A program made the position numbers and the translations under genes. The notes under the pieces are model-generated. The model saw only the letters and a list, made by a program, of their open reading frames with translations. It ran no database searches and had not been told where the DNA came from. From positions 36,775,535 to 36,839,534 of the forward strand of contig NC_069002.1 in assembly GCF_001194135.2 (NCBI RefSeq): 64,000 bases of DNA, written 5' to 3'. This DNA comes from Octopus bimaculoides (taxonomy: Eukaryota). Position 1 is the first letter of the stretch. The number at the start of each line of letters is the position of its first letter. This document shows positions 50,626 to 63,059 of the stretch, piece after piece.

Positions 50626-53600
50626 AGTTATATTGCTATCTGATATTGACTTGTAATCATACTTCAGACATTTATGACGAGGAAGAAAGGGTAGCTGTAT
50701 GTTGTGAAATGGCTACGAAATTATTAGGAATGGTATTTGTAGGTTATCTCTAGTGAAGGAGGCAACCAAATTAGTTTGTCTAGTTAAAGTAAAAATTGTG
50801 TGTGTGTGTGTGAGTGTATTATAGATGTATGTTATTATCTGTGCATTTATGTGATAGTATTAGGTGTTTAACATGTTTACTTTTTATTTCATTTATATTA
50901 CTGCAATACACATCAATATAGTGATTTGAAATACTGATTGTAATGGTGACCTTTTGACTGACAAACTGAGAACCATAAAATAAATGTCAGTGTCTTGTTA
51001 GATGTAAATGAATTACTGTTACAAGTGGAAGAAAAAGAATATACTTGTATAAGATCCTGAATCTTATAAACTAGTTGTCTATGAATTGTTGTTTAGCAGC
51101 AAGGTATACTGGGTGGGTGGAGGGTGGGGTAACGAAAAGATTAAGCTGCGATTCTGACTATAATGGATAGGAAGATAATATTTAGTTTTTAAAGATATTT
51201 GAAATTTCAAATGATTTAAAAATTAAGCACCCCTGTTACAAAACTCGATTTAAAATGGATTTTTAAAATGTGGATAATGTTTCATTTGCAAGTTTTGCTT
51301 TGTAGAGTTTAGATTTGAAAGTATATGAGCAGAGTTTGTTAGTTCTAACCCAATATGATTTTTTCCCCCTCATCAATGTTTATGTGTTAGGACTAAGGTT
51401 AACAGCTTCTGTTGAGTGTTTGAGTCTATATATGGGAAACAATACAATCAGTTTGCCTACCAGAAACAGCAGTCACATCTCCCTAGGCTTTCATGACATA
51501 ATCCTTGAACATTGTCTGAGTAAAATAAAAAACTGGAATGGCTGGTCATGGCTGGAATATTTATATTATTTGCTGGTTTAGGTTTAACTTAGGGCCAAAT
51601 AATTGTTAGTTGTTGTAATGAAACTGTCCTAATTAAGTTGTTGTTAAGTCCCAGCAGAATTATGAGCAAAGCAATTTCAGCTGACTATTCTGTAATTTCT
51701 CTCAGCTTTAGTGAATTTAATTCTATGTTATTGGTGTCCTTAAAAATAGGACTGTTTGTTTTTAGCAAGTTGAGTGACCACATATCTGCTCTTCAGTTGA
51801 CTCAGTCCCATATAAGTTGATTAATTTGCTGAGAAGTGATTCTCAAAGTAAAAGAATTTATTTCACTACCTGGAAAAATTTTAGTTTTTATCCAAGATTC
51901 AAAATGTTTTACAAAACATTAAATACCATTTGGATTTCAAAGAACATCAATATTGCACAAGTTGGGTAATTTATGGTTAATATTGAAAAAAAAAAAAGAA
52001 TTTTGTACAAGGGAGCAAACTTTGTTTTGTTATGGAATCTTATTAAATATGAGATGGTAAATGGAGAGAAATTCGATACTGCTCAGCTTTAGCTTTTAAA
52101 TTTATCAGAGATATAATGAAAGAATGAGGAAACTGGTCTAGAGTTGCTAAGATCTTATCAGTGTACGACATATGGCTGCTTGCTTTATTATTTCTATTTT
52201 TATTTAAACCACTTGTTTTATGCTTGGCTGACATTTCTTGTGTCAGGCATTCCTATCAAGCAGTGATAGTACTACTACTACGATAGAGTCAGTAAGCAGA
52301 GCAATGACTGATAATTCGATTTGAAGTCAAACACTGAGCATGTCTGGTCAAGTTAGATAATTCCTACTTAGATTTAGATTTATTCTTAGATTCTTTTACT
52401 CTTTTACTTGTTCCGGTTATTTGACTGCGTCCATGCTGGAGCACCACAAATTATTTATCTCTCTCATGATTACATATGTGTGTGAAAGATAAGATTGCGG
52501 TGTACAATTTGGAAGGATTTGCTGTCAAAAATGTTGAGAATAACATTCTGCACTGTTGTAAAATCTTTTATAATTGAAATTTGGGATGTCCTTCTTAACA
52601 CCAGCTGCTTTTCTGAGTACATCTGGTGCTTTCTTTTTTTTTTTTTCATGATACCAACTCTAGTGAGGTCACCAAATAACTCACGAGATAAAGAAAAGAC
52701 ATTTGAATGAGAATGGTTGTAATGGGTTTGATATGATATTTAGGGAATATAAATGTATTTGAAATTTTGACTAGGACAGCAATGCATTGTTGATCAACCC
52801 TGATTGAATAGAGCAGTAATGTTAAAGTGTTTGTTACTTTACAATACATGGATTTAATTCTTGTTGCAAACATCAAACTTTGTTGGGACACATTGCTGTG
52901 TTGGACATTAATAGGATGGCCTCTCTTGTTGAATACTAAGTGACTGACTAATTATGGAATAAATGAGATACTTGTTGAGATAAAATAGTACAGTTTAAAA
53001 CAGCAGGAAAATTACCAAATTTGGGAAGAAGTAATAATGGCTGGTGCTGTGTTATGCAATTAGTTATGTAGTTGACTGGCAGGTGATAACTACATGGTTC
53101 CACTCCTATAAGTGGTAAGCCTGGTGTTAATGTCTAATATTTTCATGGGTTGATGGTATTTTGGAAATGTCAGCACAATGATTCAGTTCAGATTTTGGGA
53201 ATCTATCCCTTTGTGTGAGCTGTGTCAGGTTCAGTGTTTTGAATATTTAATTTTAAAATAAATTGTATTTTTGGTTTCGCAGAGAGATTAAAGAGCAAAT
53301 TAGAGCATTTAAAGATATTTTAGATATTTTAACGAAGATAATTTGCGTAAGTAGTCAAAGAAGATGGTAAGCATTATTGTTTCAGGTTTGCCAGAATATT
53401 TGTATATAGTATATAATGTAGCAAGTATACAACACAGTATGTATTGTATACATGCTGTATACAAAATAAAAATGTTAAATGAAAATTTTGGCCGTTTTGG
53501 AAAGCATCAAATATGCTTTTTTTTTTTTAAAAAACATTTCATCACAACAAATATTGCTGCTTCATAAGCACATCTTATTTCGGTTTAAAGATCAGATGTA

Positions 53601-53675
53601 TTATATCCTTAATATTTTGATATGCACACTTAAAGACCTTAGAATATTAACTATTTTTTATTTTTCTAACTTCAG

Positions 53676-53904
53676 ATAAGTCGGATTGAGTACATTCATT
53701 CAAAGAATTTCATCCATCGAGATGTCAAACCAGATAATTTTCTCATGGGATTAGGGAAAAAGGGAAATTTAGTATATATTATTGACTTTGGACTTGCTAA
53801 AAAGTACAGGGATCCAAGGTCTCACCAACATATTTCTTATCGAGAAAATAAAAACTTAACTGGCACAGCAAGATATGCTAGTATAAACACACATTTAGGA
53901 ATAG
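53676..53904 (+). CDS. CSNK1D/E: CK1 delta/epsilon exon 4 ([25 protein letters not shown]...DFGLAKKY...[17 protein letters not shown]), 229 nt
   Basis: TTCAG acceptor ending 53675; donor GTAAGT at 53905; HRD, DFG and the SIN motif of CK1 are present. Confidence 0.99.
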
Positions 53905-54692
53905 GTAAGTAACAACTTAATTTTCATTATCACCATCATCACTAATCATCGTCACTCATTGTGAAGAATTTTGTTACAAGAAATGAAAGATTTGAAGAAA
54001 AAAATTTCATGGTTAGATTAATAATTTGTTGATGGGTAATTTTGTGTGTGTGGACAATGGGTGTAAGAGGCCAGAGCCCTGGATGGCATGGTCAATGCTT
54101 AAAAAAAAATCATTACAGCTTTTGTATTGTGTAATTGTAAACAAGATATATAACTCTGCTTACTTTAGCCATTTAGCATGATAACAAGTTCAATTCATAT
54201 TTGTAACTGTGTGGTTAACAACGGCAATAATATGTAAAATCCAGTACTAGGATATATAGATATTGAATTTACAATCTGGTTCCCCCCCCACACACACTTT
54301 ACACTGGCATAGCGCTAACACTCAACAAAACAAGAAAAACAGTCCTTTAAATGAAAAGACTTGTGATTAGTGTGGACTTAGAAAGTTTTATATGATTACA
54401 AGCTAGTGATTTTTAAATCATTAGTGTTTGAAGCTGATAACGAGGTAAAATGGGTTTACTGCACAAACTGACAAAGATGAAAAAATTGTAGATTAGTTAT
54501 GTATGTATGAATTGAGTGGTCAGTGGCCACCCAGCAGTTGCCAGTGTGAGACCCTTAGTCTTTGTTGAGACCTCTTTCTAGGGAGAAGGAAAACTCTGAT
54601 GTATCACCTACAACTTGTTTGCATCTTATGATGTAGGCTGTTGTTTTGGGGCAAATGCATATATTGTTTATAGAGTGGGATTGGCCCTGTGT

Positions 54693-54912
54693 TTAACCCA
54701 TTCAGATTACTCTGTCGAATGCAGTGCTTATTTACTCACATCATTTTGAAGTAATGATGCATTATCTCGTAACTTTGAGACTTCAATGATGTGATTGTTT
54801 ATTTTTAGGATGATGTTATGGGATAAGTGTGAGAGGCTAGATCCAGCCAGTATGAACATTAAAAAGGTACAATATTTGGGCCTGATAAGGCTGTTTAAAT
54901 GATAAAGTGTTA
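54693..54912. mobile_element. piggyBac-like MITE (family E), diverged
   Basis: ATTCAGATTACTCTGTC...GTGTGAGAGGCTAGATC...TTTAAATGATAAAGTGTTA. Confidence 0.6.
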
Positions 54913-55513
54913 TAAAGTTTTGGGCACAGGTACCACTTGATTTTTAACATTTCTGTTGTGTTGCATACTATGGCTGACCAAAGCAAAAAGAAAATCCAAG
55001 CACACCATGCAAAATTCCATGGTGGAATGCAGGCATGGGTGATGAGCTCTGTGAACACCTGCTGCAAGAGGTACTCTTCGTTACCCCATCCATGCAGCAT
55101 TACAAAAGAACAATCAGGCAGTGGCATTGCTCAAAACCAGGTTGCAGCCATCGTGTAGATGTGCGTGTGTGCATGCCTACATATATTCAGTCATTCACCC
55201 ACCATCCTTAATCTTTATTTAGTTTCCCAAAATATTATTTTTCTACACAAGTCAGAATGAAGAAATACAAATACTCTCTTACAATGGTGAACAATATTAC
55301 TGAAACCGTTCATTTGGTCATCTTTTTTAAAAAAAGACTTCATAATTTATGATGACGTAATTGGAAATGCTGTACTTGTATAACATTCATGGATGCTACC
55401 ATCAATCAGTATAATAATAATAATAATAAAACAAGATAACTGGAAATGATGAATGTTATCTTTCTGATTATGTTGTTTTCTGTCGCTAATTAATGTGTTA
55501 CTGATATTTTCAG

Positions 55514-55684
55514 AGCAAAGTAGACGAGATGACATGGAATCATTAGGATATGTTTTCATGTATTTTTTGAGAGGAAGCTTGCCATGGCAGGGATTGAAAG
55601 CAGCAACCAAACGACAAAAATATGAAAGAATTAGTGAAAAGAAAATGTCAACACCTATTGAAGAGCTTTGTAAAGGATTTCCTT
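55514..55684 (+). CDS. CSNK1D/E: CK1 delta/epsilon exon 5 ([57 protein letters not shown]), 171 nt
   Basis: Lies within ORF 55495..55689. TTTCAG acceptor ending 55513; donor GTTAGT at 55685; EQSRRDD and LPWQGL motifs. Confidence 0.98.
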
Positions 55685-56884
55685 GTTAGTAATATTAACC
55701 AATTTTTGCATTTGCCTCCACTTTCTGTTAACGTGGTTGTTTCGTTTACTTCAGTTTTCTTGAGTTCTATCTAATTCAAATTTTTGTCTTTACTTTTATT
55801 TCTGCTTTTTTTACTGTAAACCTTTCATGAGCTTGGTATTTTCAATTTTGAAAATGTAGATTGCGAGGAATTTAGAAAAATAACTTTATCTCTTAATATA
55901 TTGAACTACCGTTTGGAATATAGAATTATGATGAAAGGTATTTAACTCTCAATTCCTATCATGCTTTTTCTGTGTAAGTTTGTAGTATTAATTGTTGTTT
56001 GAAATAGTTTTCTTTTTGATAATTAAAGAGTCCTAGTTTAGTTTTTGGTAAGCCCCATGTCATCCCCGTTGGAGAAAAACCTGTAATCAAAGGTATTCCA
56101 CTCTTGATCATGATTCTTAAGGTGTGTAGAGAACAGTGAGTCATTTGTCTAAGCAAGGACATGGTGGATTCTTAGGTGTCTCACGCTGACTTTGAGAAAA
56201 ATCTTGCAATATCATGTTCCTAAAAAAAAAAATTTTTTTTTAAAAAACCTTATAAGATTATTTACATTATGGATAAATTATTCCAAATGAAAGTACATTA
56301 TCAATTGGCTTCAATTAAACATTTTGAAACAGGTGACCTTGTACAACAGAACCAGATGTGGTCTCTGCAGGATTGGTATCAAAAGAATTAAGAGAAAAAG
56401 AAAAAGTATAGTTGCAAAGAATTGATATTATCAAAGACTAGCAACAGTAATTTTCCTCTTCTGCAAACACTACATGTCTTATATAAAGAAAAATTTGGTT
56501 ATTCAGACTCCACCCCTCAGAAAAGAAAAAAATAATAAATCAGCAACCTTACTCAGATTACATATGTTTCAGTACACACACTGTGAAGTTGCTAGGTGTG
56601 GCCTGTGTTTCTCTCTTCAAGCATGGACAAAAACTGTTAGACGAAGGAACTAGGATTGGTGCTTTCTCTAAATTCTGTTGATTTTGTTTCTTCATTTTAG
56701 ATTATCTTACTTTCTTATCCAGCTTTTTTTTTTTCTGTTCTATTTCATAAATGTCCTGATTTTGTTGTTTCACATCAGTTATAAGTTGGGCTGTTTTTAA
56801 TAGGAACTATTTTCCCAATGCTTTTATATAATCAGGTCAGGTATTTGTCCCAGTTATATGGAAAAAAAAAGAAAGTTAACATTG

Positions 56885-57230
56885 ACACAGGCGTGGCTGT
56901 ATGGTTAAAAAAGCTTGCTTTGCAACCTTATGGTTTTGAGTTCAGTCCCACTGTGTAGCACCTTAGGCAAGTGTCTTCTGTAGCCCCAGGACAACTAATG
57001 CCTTGTGAAAGAATTTGTAGACAGAAACTGTGTGGAAGTCAGTCATGTGTGTGTTCTCGCCCAAGTTTGACAACTGGTGTCGGTTTATTTACATCTCAAG
57101 AACTTCGTGGATCAGCAAAAGACACTGTTAGAAAAGTGGCAGACTTGAAAAAAAATATGTACCAAGGTCAATTTGTTTGACTAAACCCTTTAAGATGGTG
57201 CCCCAGTATGACTGAAACAAGTAAAAGATA
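56885..57230 (+). mobile_element. SINE family A copy
   Basis: Head, core and GACTGAAACAAGTAAAAGA tail. Confidence 0.75.
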
Positions 57231-57856
57231 AAAAGTAGACAAGCATGTTTGCCTCAATGTACATCCAAATGCATTCTTCATTATTGCTATAGCTACCAGA
57301 GAGTGGTGACTTGGCAGAAACAGGAGCATTGGACAAAATGTCTTTCAGCATTTTACTCTCTCAGTTCAAACCTTTTATCCCTTTGGGTTGATAAAACAAG
57401 TACCAGTCAACTCCTAAAATTTCTTTTTATTTGGGAGACGATGATGGTGGAGCAGGGGGTGTACAATGATAATTCCAGTTTCAAAATCTTTCCCTAAACA
57501 CATTTTAAACTACTTTAAATAGAAAAGTAAATTTCCTTTTGTATTATGGTAACTGGTTGTTGGATTAAGGAAGTATGTTTCACAGTTACAAAATTTCTGG
57601 TTTGATTCTACTAAGAGGGGAAACTGTGTGGAAGTTCATCTTTGATGGTAGACTTAATTCATTACCCAATTTAGCAGCACCGCCTGGCCCTGGGGTGTCT
57701 TTAGTGACATCCATTCTATGGCAGTGTCAGATATCCTGCCTGAGGACAGCCCAACCAGCTTTTTGCACCTCTGGAAAGAATCATAGGTGAGGTTCTTCAA
57801 TCTAATTATGCCATTAAAGAAAATGTATTGCAATTATTTTTTTTTTTCTTTTACAG

Positions 57857-58005
57857 CGGAATTTGCAACATACTTAAATTTCTGTCGGTCCTTACGGTTT
57901 GACGATAAACCAGATTATTCCTATTTGAGGCAGCTATTTAGAAATCTCTTCCATCGTCAAGGATTTACTTATGATTATGTCTTTGACTGGAACTTGCTAA
58001 AATTT
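57857..58005 (+). CDS. CSNK1D/E: CK1 delta/epsilon exon 6 ([50 protein letters not shown]), 149 nt
   Basis: Lies within ORF 57787..58035. Long T tract + ACAG acceptor ending 57856; donor GTAAGT at 58006; cumulative CDS 885 nt. Confidence 0.98.
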
Positions 58006-58054
58006 GTAAGTATATCTTTAGAAATGATGTTTTAGCAGAAATGTTTTCAGTAAA

Positions 58055-58225
58055 TATGATGCCGCTTATGCTTAACTTTTCTCTCAAGAGGCTTACACTC
58101 TTTCGAACATGCACACTGACATTGCACATCCAGTGAAGCAGACTGGCTTCATTTCTTTCAAGCCTACACATGTCCTCGGCTGTCACAGCCCATGTTTCAC
58201 TGCCATGTAGCATGGCTGTTCACAT
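58055..58225 (-). mobile_element. RTE-clade LINE reverse transcriptase C-terminal fragment in CK1 intron 6
   Basis: ORF 57965..58213(-): MLHGSETWAVTAEDMCRLERNEASLLHWMCNV...LREKL matches the RTE LYGSETW...L...E...LRW motif. Confidence 0.8.
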
Positions 58226-58549
58226 AATAATAATAATAATAATAATAAGGCACTGAATTGTTATCTAATCCCATGCTGACACTTATTGCCAGTAATGTTC
58301 CAGATGTGATCATCCTGTGTTTTTTTCTATATTTTTCCCAAGCATTGTGTCTCTAGGACTACATTATTTAGTGTGTTGTCTAAGACAGCAGTCTGTGATT
58401 TAAAGGATGATTGGTTGCTATTGCTTCCATGTCAAGAAACCATGTAGCAGTTCCCTCTTTGGCTCATTGCCTGAAAAGCTTTTGATAGACAGAAAAAGCA
58501 AAATTGATTCTTGTTTAATGAATTTTTTTTGTCTTCCATTGACTTGCAG

Positions 58550-58691
58550 GGAGGTAGGTCAAATGATGATTTTGATAGAGATCGCAAAATGTACAGCTCG
58601 ACAGCTAGAGGATTACAAGGTACGACCACTGCTGGCCGTATGCGATCTGATCAAGTAGCTGTTGCAGCCTCCCCCAGTGGCGATTATGGCA
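58550..58691 (+). CDS. CSNK1D/E: CK1 delta/epsilon exon 7, start of the C-terminal regulatory tail (GGRSNDDFDRDRKMYSSTARGLQGTTTAGRMRSDQVAVAASPSGDYG), 142 nt
   Basis: TTGCAG acceptor ending 58549 (phase 0); donor GTAAGT at 58692 (phase 1). TARGLQGTTTAGRMR resembles the vertebrate CK1delta tail segment ATRGLPSTASGRLR (from recall). Confidence 0.88.
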
Positions 58692-60125
58692 GTAAGTACC
58701 TCGAGATTTTTAATTTAAAATATATTTACTCTCAAAAATAGTGTAACAATATTAGAGACATTTTAATGTAAATGAACAGTTATATGTTTTATGATTATTT
58801 AAATTAATTTATTTGTAGTTCCTGTTGAAAAATTACCATATGATAAATAATTAGCTACAACTCTACCCTATCAATTATGCTTAAGCTATTTTACATTACA
58901 TTACTTCAGACAAAAAAAATCTAATACATTTTGTTTGACCATGATAAAAAATTTTCAAGTTACTAATAACTGTTGCTACTGTTTTAACTATTACTAATTA
59001 CTTAGTTATTAAGCAAATTTTCTTATTTTCACTGACCAATTTTTAAAGTTCAAGTCAAGATTTAATATGTTTCATGATTGGAAATAGTGCTCAATAAGTT
59101 ACTCTATAATTCAGTTGTATCTTTTCTGATTTCAAATGCTTATTTAAATTGTTCAATGAAATTGTTGTAATGTTTGTAATTTAGATTTAAAAAAAATTTA
59201 TTATAATCCCTACCAATAACACAGCCACCAAATTCTATAGAAATAATATAGATTTTTAGTACAATAATAAACTTGTTTTCAAACTCAAATTTTCTAATCC
59301 TCTTACCAACTAGACTAGATACTTTTTATTGCATGAAACTGTACCAGTCTCTTACTAATATTAAGGAACAAATGTTCTGTACCCATTTCACTGCCATACT
59401 CTTCCTGTTGCCATATCAGAAGTTGCAAATCATGAATGAACTTACAAATGAATTTTCTGTGACAATCTCTTTGTGTTTGTATCAAATCAAAAATAGCTAT
59501 GAAGCGTGAAGGAATTTTACATTATGTAGAAGTCAACAATCAAGTAGCAATATTTGACTTGAATAATTAAAGACAATCCAATATTGTTTGGTTTATATGT
59601 ACATGTGTATCTTGAACTGAATTTTGTTTTGAGGAACCAATACTCAGTTAACCAATATTATTCTGGTCTGGTGACATTACTGACTAGGGTTGGATTTTCA
59701 GTGCTTAACTGCCAAAGCTATTTTAAGTGGGATATTATATTTATATATATATTGTTAATGTCATAAGAATTATATATACTTTCTTGAGAATGTGAACTAA
59801 TTCTTTTTTGGAATATCTCAAAGCATACACATAAAGCTTATAAATAACATGTAAATATAGGGTCAGAAAACCCTTTGCAATAAAGTCGAAGGCTGCCTGT
59901 GGGACTTGAACCCATGTCTCTTGTAGACATGAACAACATACAGTTGTTGCTGGTAAGTTTCTAAAATGGATAGAGAAATTTGAAGGATTGCTTTGGTACA
60001 GTGGTAGAATGCCTGTCCTGTCTCCAGGTGATGTGGGTTCAAGTTCCACTGGCACATGCTATTATTTGTAGTTCTATGTGTGTGCTTCAAGATATTCCTA
60101 AAAGAATACATATACAGTGTGTGTG

Positions 60126-60202
<77 letters not shown>

Positions 60203-60380
60203 TAAATGTTTAAAAGTTAGCTAAAGCTGAAACTTCACTAGCACCACCAGGCATCTCACTTGTGCTTCTATGTATTGATGTACTGTGAACATATTTAGCA
60301 AAGTTTGATAAGTGAGTTCATAGGAAACTCTTTCTTGGCCTAATGTAGTTGCTCAGCTTTAACTATATATATATATATAT

Positions 60381-60661
60381 AATTGCAGCATGGAAGGTGT
60401 TTATAAGCCATTTAAGAAACACACAAAAACCGTTAGATTCACTTCAACATTTAAATTTAATTTGTCAAAATATTTTCGTCGCTTTGAGACCGCGACCTGT
60501 TCACTGACAAAATTCTGTGCAGCACAGAATTTTGTAAGTGAACAGGTCGCGGTCTCAAAGCAACATAAATATTTTGGCAAATTAAATTTATATGTTGAAG
60601 TGAATCTAACGGTTTTTGTGTGTTTCTTAAATGGCTTATAAACACCTTCCATGCTGCAATT
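60381..60661. repeat. 281 bp near-perfect palindrome (hairpin MITE-like), centred on 60521
   Basis: 140 bp arms, 6 mismatches by manual count, 1-nt loop; the ORF track gives near-identical peptides on both strands. Confidence 0.95.
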
Positions 60662-62630
60662 GTTTTCGTTCCAGCACACGATCTCAGATTAGGTCACTTG
60701 CTATGCAAATACATCTCTGTAATATATATATTCATTCATTTATTAGAAGCCAAGCTTCTAAGATAGGAAAACGTCTCCATCATCATGTTCCTCAATGCAA
60801 ACATGATGATATTTGGAACAGTGGCAAGCAAACCTCAGCATCAAAAAAATTAATAATCTTTTAGGTTGTGGATACCTTTTCTTTCTCTTCTTTGTACTCA
60901 TATACACACACTTAGTAGTACACTTAACTCATGGCACTTACAAATATATTTATGGGAGTTAAACAAACACTGATGAGAACTAACCAACATCCAAAACTGT
61001 AGTAAGTCTGGTAGCTGCTTCATGCTGCCAACAGCATATTAACTGGAATTCATTTTGTAGCAAGATAACCTATGCTCCTTTGTATCATTGTAACATATTT
61101 TTTATGCTGTGTTGGTGCATCCATAAATTCTAAGCAGTTATCAAACTGACACCATTTTTGTGCAAATGGTATATTTTTTCAACAAAACTTGGTGCTACAA
61201 TGGCAGTTTGAGTAGTCACCGAAATTCTGACAAGAAATATTATAATTTTTGTACTATTTAAAAAAAAAAATTTTAATAGCACTTTCATGGAAGTTTGTTT
61301 GAGCATTTATATATCCTTTTATATATGAATGTATCCTAGTTACATATTGGCTATGTGACAGTATGGTATGGTTTGATGACCTGCTTATCTGTGTGTGCAT
61401 GTATACACAGTATTTATATTGATATCAGGGTGTATTTATACAGAAATACATATTTGTGTTTATATCTGTGTATACATATTTATGTGCATATACACACATG
61501 TATGAGCTCGTATATCCAATGCACATGGATTCGTGTATATATATCTATGTGTATGTGCACACACACACATACATAAAACCAGCACATGTATGAAATAAAA
61601 TTGATAACAGTAATAAACATAATGTTTAATAAAAACATTTAGCCTCAGTGTGAAAAAGAGACTTTATGGTTATACAATAGGTCTTTCATCCACCTGTGAA
61701 AAAGGTCAAGGCAAAAGAATCAATTAATTTTACCTTTCATTATTAGAGTTATCATCTGTATTCAGTTATTTCCTTCTGTTTACTGAGAAGACTTAGTTAA
61801 AGACTGATACATCTAATCTTAACAAAGCTAGGTCTGACTTTATCTCTACAGCAATTGCAGAGTTAGCTGTGCATATTAAGGGGAGCATTGACACTGAACA
61901 TACGAGATCAAAACTGTAAAAAAAGGTGATCATGTTTCATAAGCATATTTCTAGCACCACTAGGAATACAGAACCCCTGCGGTTAAACAATAGCCTTCGC
62001 ATATTTGCTGTTGGTGCTGTAGTAGAACACAGCCAACTTTTCACTGTTACTATGGCCCTTGGATGTTTATTAGAACCGTCCAATGTATTCTAAGCCTTTG
62101 CACCAGTTCTCCAGTCTGAGGATGACTTCTCACAAGTTACACAGCCCCCCACCCTCAAAGTGTCATACGTAGGAGCTCCACTTCTGACTACAGACATGAA
62201 AAAGTGACGCAAGTGTCTGGTCGAAGCTGATAATACATTTATCGTAAAGTCGACGTTAACCTCATCACATGTGATATAGTGCTTGCTATACCTCAATTGA
62301 AATTGGCTTCAATGGAAGCTGAAACTCATCCAGTGACTCAACTATTTCTCTCTGGCTGCTGAAAAACCTGTTTGACTGCAGTTTCTATTTTCACAATATG
62401 ACTAAATATGTTTGCAAAGTTTGCAAAACATAATAATCTATATATATATATATATACACATATATATATATACACATATAATATTAATATTTAATGGAAG
62501 CAACAGAGTAACTCAAGGTCTGAGAGTTTCGTATGCCGGTACTTATTTTGATAAGTGCCAATGCACAAAACTCTCAAAGCTTGAATCGGTCTGTTGCTCC
62601 CACTGAATATCAATAAAAATAAACATGTCC

Positions 62631-63013
62631 TTTTACTTGTTTCAGTTATTTGACTGCGGCCATGCTGGAGCACTGCCTTTAGTCGAGCAAATCTACCCAG
62701 GACTTATTCTTTGTAAGCCTAGTACTTATTCTATCGGTTTCTTTTGGCGAGCCGCTAGGTTATGGGCACGTAAACATACCAGCATTGGTTGTCAAGCAAT
62801 GGTGGGGGGACAAACACAGACACAAATGCACGCACACATGTGTATATATATGACAAGCTTCTTTCAGTTTCCATCTACCAAATGCACTCACAAGGCTTTG
62901 GTCGGCCCGAGGCTATAATAGAAGACACTCACCTAAGGTGCCACACAGTAGGACTGAACCTGGAACCATGTAGTTGGGAAGCAAGCTACTTACCACACAG
63001 CCACCCCTGCGCC
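62631..63013 (-). mobile_element. SINE family A, near full length
   Basis: Reverse complement highly similar to 39383-39778. Confidence 0.85.
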
Positions 63014-63059
63014 TATTGTTCATATTTTGAGTTCTGTTTTTCCTGCTTGCATCACTGCA

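Noticed and set aside
55685-55690. Non-consensus donor GTTAGT after exon 5
   Set aside because: It is still a GT donor with +5G/+6T, and exon length and frame fit exon 6 exactly; nothing unusual needed.
60390-60679. Mirror-image 83/92-aa ORFs on both strands
   Set aside because: A consequence of the DNA palindrome; no protein motif.
60970-61010. CTGATGAG motif
   Set aside because: No stem II or GAAA follows.
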